The translations under genes and the position numbers were made by a program. The notes under the pieces are model-generated. The model ran no database searches and was not told the DNA's origin. It saw nothing but the letters and a program-made list of their open reading frames with translations. This document shows positions 28,188 to 32,000 of a stretch of 32,000 bases of DNA, one piece after another. Location: assembly GCF_000283555.1 (NCBI RefSeq), contig NC_016012.1, positions 810,001 to 842,000 of the forward strand, in the 5' to 3' direction. The stretch's first letter is position 1. Each line of letters begins with the position of its first letter. This stretch comes from Candidatus Arthromitus sp. SFB-rat-Yit. Its GTDB lineage: Bacteria > Bacillota > Clostridia > Clostridiales > Clostridiaceae.

Positions 28188-28760
28188 CTAAGTTTCAAGT
28201 TCACTCAATATGTACTGCATTTCATCCCTGTTTTCTGAAGTTAATTGATAATTTAATACCAAATTTCTGTCTATCGCAGGTAAAGAATCTACTTTCTTAC
28301 TACTTATATCTATTTTTTCATTTTCAATAAATAATTTTCCATTTTTATCTGATTTAAATACAGTTATATATCCATTTTTCTCTCCTATATAGTACATATT
28401 GGGATTAAAATTGTTTGTATCCTTTTCTTTTAAGATGATAGATTTATCATTGAAATCAACTATATCATACTTATCCATAGAATACATATCCGTAAGAATT
28501 TTATTAATATCCGTTAACTCTAACTTTATTCTATTTTTTTCCATAAACTCCCCATCATCATTTTGAGTTACTATAACAAGATCTCTAGTTCCATTTTTAG
28601 ATATTGTTTCATAACTATTCTTATTAACAAAGTTAGTGTCACCTTTAAAATTAATATTTTTATATGTTATCATGTAAGCACTTAAAAAAACTAATATAGA
28701 TATACAAATTATTCCCAGTATTATGAAATTGTTTTTGTTATTTAAAAATTTATTTTTCAT
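28188..28760 (-). CDS. Membrane-anchored BofC-like protein
   Basis: Single N-terminal TM helix; C-terminal region YYIGEKNGYITVFKSD...IDISSKKVDSLPAIDRNLVLNYQLTSENRDEMQYIL resembles the BofC C-terminal domain. Position next to ruvA matches B. subtilis bofC-ruvA-ruvB synteny. Confidence 0.65.
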   Translation of the reverse strand: MKNKFLNNKNNFIILGIICISILVFLSAYMITYKNINFKGDTNFVNKNSYETISKNGTRDLVIVTQNDDGEFMEKNRIKLELTDINKILTDMYSMDKYDIVDFNDKSIILKEKDTNNFNPNMYYIGEKNGYITVFKSDKNGKLFIENEKIDISSKKVDSLPAIDRNLVLNYQLTSENRDEMQYILSELET

Positions 28761-28831
28761 TCTTTCTCACTCCTTGTTAGGATTATGTATAAAATATTTA
28801 ATTTTTATACATATTTAGATAAAAAATGAAA

Positions 28832-28859
28832 AAAGTGTATTGAAGATTTAATACACTTT
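28832..28859 (-). terminator. Rho-independent terminator after yebC
   Basis: Perfect 10-bp inverted repeat AAAGTGTATT/AATACACTTT, 8-nt loop, then TTTCATTTTTT on the minus strand. Confidence 0.8.
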
Positions 28860-28865
28860 AAATTT

Positions 28866-29609
28866 TTAATTATCAATTTCATATTCTGCATTACAAAAAA
28901 CTTCTTGAACATCATCATCATCTTCTAATGCATCTATAAACTTTTCTATTATATTAATTTTCTCATCAGAATCCAAAAAAACATTTGTATCTGCTTGCAA
29001 CATTACTTCAGCTTCTAAAAAATCAATATTTTCAGATTCAAGCTCCTCCTTTATTTTTTTAAAATTTTCAACACTACTCTTAATTACATAAACATTATCA
29101 CTTTCGTGAGTTTGAAAATCATCAGCACCACAATTAAAAGCAATTTCCATTATCTCATCTTCACTAATATCTTGAGAACTATCGACTACAATCTCACCAA
29201 CTTCTTTAAACATATAACTGACACAACCACTAGATCCAAGATTTCCAGAAAATTTAGAAAATATATGTCTTACATTACCTGCAGTTCTATTTTTATTATC
29301 GGTCAACGCTTTAACTATGACTGCAACTCCAAATGGTCCATAGCCTTCGTAAACTAAATTTTCATAATTATCCCCGCTTAATTCTCCTGCCCCTTTCTTA
29401 ATAGCTCTCTCTATTGTTTCTTTAGGAATATTATTATATTGTGCCTTTTCTATAGCATCTTTAAGTTTCGAATTTCCTTCGATACTTGATCCTCCCATTT
29501 TCGCTGCAACAGATATCTCTTTTACAAGTTTTGTGAAAATTTTTGATCTTTTCGAATCAACTTTACTCTTTCTCGCTTGTATATTATGCCATTTACTATG
29601 TCCTGACAT
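28866..29609 (-). CDS. yebC: YebC/PmpR-family protein (TACO1-like)
   Basis: MSGHSKWHNIQARKSKVDSKRSKIFTKLVKEI, YEGYGPFGVAVIVKALTDNKNRT. Confidence 0.95.
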   Translation of the reverse strand: MSGHSKWHNIQARKSKVDSKRSKIFTKLVKEISVAAKMGGSSIEGNSKLKDAIEKAQYNNIPKETIERAIKKGAGELSGDNYENLVYEGYGPFGVAVIVKALTDNKNRTAGNVRHIFSKFSGNLGSSGCVSYMFKEVGEIVVDSSQDISEDEIMEIAFNCGADDFQTHESDNVYVIKSSVENFKKIKEELESENIDFLEAEVMLQADTNVFLDSDEKINIIEKFIDALEDDDDVQEVFCNAEYEIDN

Positions 29610-29621
29610 TATTTCTCCTCC

Positions 29622-29957
29622 TTATTTTTTCTTAGGATATTTTATAGAATTTTTACGTAATTTTTCCATTATATTCTTGTACAAATCAATATCCAAGCTA
29701 TTAGCCAAAGAAATTGAATATATCATAACATCTGCTAATTCTTCACAGAAATGTTCAAATTTATCGCTATTTTTAATGTTATTTGCTTCGTCGGTTGTAT
29801 CCCACTGAAATATTTCCATAAGTTCTGCTGCTTCGATTGCTATACTCATGCTAAGATCTTTAGGATTCCTAAACTTATCCCATCCACGTTCTGACTCGAA
29901 ATTTTTTATTATTATTTTCAGCTCTTCTAGATTAACTCTTGAATCATTTAACTCCAT
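29622..29957 (-). CDS. MazG-like nucleotide pyrophosphohydrolase
   Basis: FESERGWDKFRNPKDLSMSIAIEAAELMEIFQW...EELADVMIYSISLANSLDID (EAAEL and EELADV metal-binding motifs). ATG at 29957 with aggaga RBS is preferred over 29990. Confidence 0.88.
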   Translation of the reverse strand: MELNDSRVNLEELKIIIKNFESERGWDKFRNPKDLSMSIAIEAAELMEIFQWDTTDEANNIKNSDKFEHFCEELADVMIYSISLANSLDIDLYKNIMEKLRKNSIKYPKKK

Positions 29958-29976
29958 AATTAATTCTCCTAATTTA

Positions 29977-30633
29977 TTATTGAATCTCATTATTTAAAAA
30001 ATATCTTCCCTCATTTTTAAAATACATAACATCATCGCTAATTTCAACATCAAAATTATTCGAAGTTAGATCAGTTATATCGGATAAAAGCTTATTTACA
30101 ATAATTTTTTCAATTCTAACTTTAAATATAACCTTTTCTTCATATAAAACATTATCTACATGAATTTTATTTACATCAAAAAAGTACTGTAATTTTCCAA
30201 TAATCTCATACGGAACAATTATTGAGATTTCTTTACCTAAAACTCTATCAACTATCTTCGCTTTATCGATCACTCCACTGGCACCATTTACATAAGCCCT
30301 AGTCAATCCTCCAACACCTAAAAGAATTCCTCCGAAATACCTTGTTACTACAACAATAATATCTGTTAATCCTCTTTTCTTAATTAATTCTATTATTGGT
30401 ATTCCTGCCGTACCTCGTGGCTCTCCATCATCTGTATATCTTTGAATCAACATATCATTACCAATTACATAAGCATAAACATTGTGCCTAGCTTCATGAT
30501 GCTTAGTCTTTATATCATCTATAAATTTTTTAGCCTCATATTCTGACTCAATATGCTTAATGTATCCTATAAAAATAGATTTCTTTTCTTCAAACTTGTA
30601 TTCTGTTTCACCTATTATAGTTTTGTAATCCAA
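29977..30633 (-). CDS. YigZ/IMPACT family protein
   Basis: KKSIFIGYIKHIESEYEAKKFIDDIKTKHHEARHNVYAYVIG, YTDDGEPRGTAGIPII, VVTRYFGGILLGVGGLTRAYV. Confidence 0.93.
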   Translation of the reverse strand: MDYKTIIGETEYKFEEKKSIFIGYIKHIESEYEAKKFIDDIKTKHHEARHNVYAYVIGNDMLIQRYTDDGEPRGTAGIPIIELIKKRGLTDIIVVVTRYFGGILLGVGGLTRAYVNGASGVIDKAKIVDRVLGKEISIIVPYEIIGKLQYFFDVNKIHVDNVLYEEKVIFKVRIEKIIVNKLLSDITDLTSNNFDVEISDDVMYFKNEGRYFLNNEIQ

Positions 30634-30636
30634 TTT

Positions 30637-31995
30637 CTAATTCTCCAAACCTTCAATAATATATTTTTTAAATCTATTTAGCTTACTTTTTGGTACATCA
30701 AAATTAACAAATGTTCCATTATCCAAATGTTTCTCTTGTATAATTTTGTAATCCTTATAGATAATGTTTAATATTGAATAATCCGAGTATGGAATCAATA
30801 ATGACACGTTTTTATATTCCAAGCTTAATGTTTCCTCAATCAAGTTCAATAAGCTATCTATGTTAAATCCATTAAATGCAGAAATAAATATTGATTTTTC
30901 ATTAGGATATAGTCTGTGTATTTTTATTTTAAATTCCTCTAATTCCTCATCTTTTAATTTGTCTACTTTATTAAATATCAGTATCCTATTTAAATTTTTA
31001 ATTCCAATTTCTTTCAAAACATTATCAGTTGTATCTATTTCAATTTCAAAATTACTAGAAGAAGAATCTACTACATGCAAAAGTAAATTACTATAAATAA
31101 CCTCCTCCAATGTCGATTTAAATGCATCCACCAAATCATGTGGCAATTTTTTAATGAAACCAACCGTGTCAGTTAAAGAAATTATGGTCTTTCTCGGTAA
31201 TAAAATCTTCCTGACAGTTGTATCCAATGTTGCAAATAACATATCGGCTTCAAACACAAGTTTTTTATCTAACTCTGTTTCACCTTCATTAGATGTCATA
31301 TAAATATAATTTCTTAATGTGGATTTACCTGCATTTGTATATCCTACTATTGATACTTGTGGTATATTGTTCTTTATCCTTGCGTCCCTTTGTACACTTC
31401 TCTCTAACTTTATTTTTTCAATTTCTTTCTTCAAATAATCAATTCTGCTTCTTATATATCTTCTATCCGTTTCAAGTTTAGTTTCTCCTGATCCTCCTCT
31501 TAAGCCTATACCACCTGACGTTCTATTTAAATCAGTATTTAATCCTCTAAGTCTTGAATATTTGTACTTCAATACAGCCAATTCAACTTGATATTTAGAA
31601 ACTTTAGATTTCGCCCTTCTTGCAAATATTTCTAAAATTAAAGTCGTCCTATCTATAACTCTAATTCCTGATATCTCTTCAAGAGCACGTATTTGTGATC
31701 CTGATAAATCATCGTCGAAAATCAACAATTTTATGTTTCTATGATAAATAGAATTTATTATTTCTTTAATCTTTCCCTTACCTATGTAATACATCGAGTC
31801 AGCCTTATCTCTTTTTTGAAAAAATGTATCATCAACATTTATACTGCAAGCATAAGCCAACTCTTTTAATTCTTCAAGACTCTCTAAAGTGTCACATCCT
31901 ATCAAAACGCAATTATCTTCAATTTTATTTTTATATATTTCAAGTTTAAAATTTTTCTCTATCTCTTGTATCTTTGTAAAAATGTCAAAATTCAA
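30637..31995 (-). CDS. hflX: Ribosome-associated GTPase HflX; N-terminus may extend past the window edge
   Basis: YIGKGKIKEI, RTSGGIGLRGGSGETKLETDRRYIRSRI, VGYTNAGKST, DTVGFIKKLPHDLVDAFKSTLEE, NKVD. The apparent start is TTG at 31995 and the frame stays open to position 32000. Confidence 0.93.
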   Translation of the reverse strand: MNFDIFTKIQEIEKNFKLEIYKNKIEDNCVLIGCDTLESLEELKELAYACSINVDDTFFQKRDKADSMYYIGKGKIKEIINSIYHRNIKLLIFDDDLSGSQIRALEEISGIRVIDRTTLILEIFARRAKSKVSKYQVELAVLKYKYSRLRGLNTDLNRTSGGIGLRGGSGETKLETDRRYIRSRIDYLKKEIEKIKLERSVQRDARIKNNIPQVSIVGYTNAGKSTLRNYIYMTSNEGETELDKKLVFEADMLFATLDTTVRKILLPRKTIISLTDTVGFIKKLPHDLVDAFKSTLEEVIYSNLLLHVVDSSSSNFEIEIDTTDNVLKEIGIKNLNRILIFNKVDKLKDEELEEFKIKIHRLYPNEKSIFISAFNGFNIDSLLNLIEETLSLEYKNVSLLIPYSDYSILNIIYKDYKIIQEKHLDNGTFVNFDVPKSKLNRFKKYIIEGLEN

Positions 31996-32000
31996 ATAAT

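Noticed and set aside
1-32000. CRISPR arrays, transposases, phage genes, toxin-antitoxin or defence islands
   Set aside because: No direct-repeat arrays or mobile-element or defence-protein motifs were seen; genes are tightly packed conserved housekeeping loci. The MazG-like protein at 29622..29957 is a housekeeping-type pyrophosphohydrolase with no adjacent toxin gene.

Overview
This is a 32 kb low-GC Firmicutes/Clostridia-like chromosomal window. The gene content and order suggest a Peptostreptococcaceae-like organism, but that is inference only. Essentially every supported gene lies on the minus strand. Read in the direction of transcription (right to left), the order is hflX, YigZ/IMPACT, MazG-like, yebC, bofC-like, ruvA, ruvB, queA, tgt, yajC, a secreted DUF4214-type surface protein, scfA (SCIFF precursor, absent from the supplied ORF track), scfB (SCIFF radical-SAM maturase), secD, secF, a degenerate RecJ-like protein, apt, rel, an MBL hydrolase, hisS, aspS, glyA, fabH, fabD, fabG, fabF, accB, fabZ, accC, accD, accA, an iscR-like Rrf2 regulator and a cysteine desulfurase cut by the window edge. 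Most of it is conserved housekeeping. The four items most worth following up are: (1) the unannotated 45-codon six-cysteine SCIFF/ranthipeptide precursor, with a terminator-like hairpin before its maturase; (2) a truncated RecJ homologue that appears to have lost its catalytic motifs and sits in the canonical recJ slot; (3) a secreted DUF4214 protein inserted as a terminator-bounded single gene between yajC and scfA; (4) a fatty-acid cluster lacking acpP and any enoyl-ACP reductase gene. No CRISPR array, transposon, rRNA or tRNA was recognised. I did not find convincing evidence of a wholly new multi-gene system.
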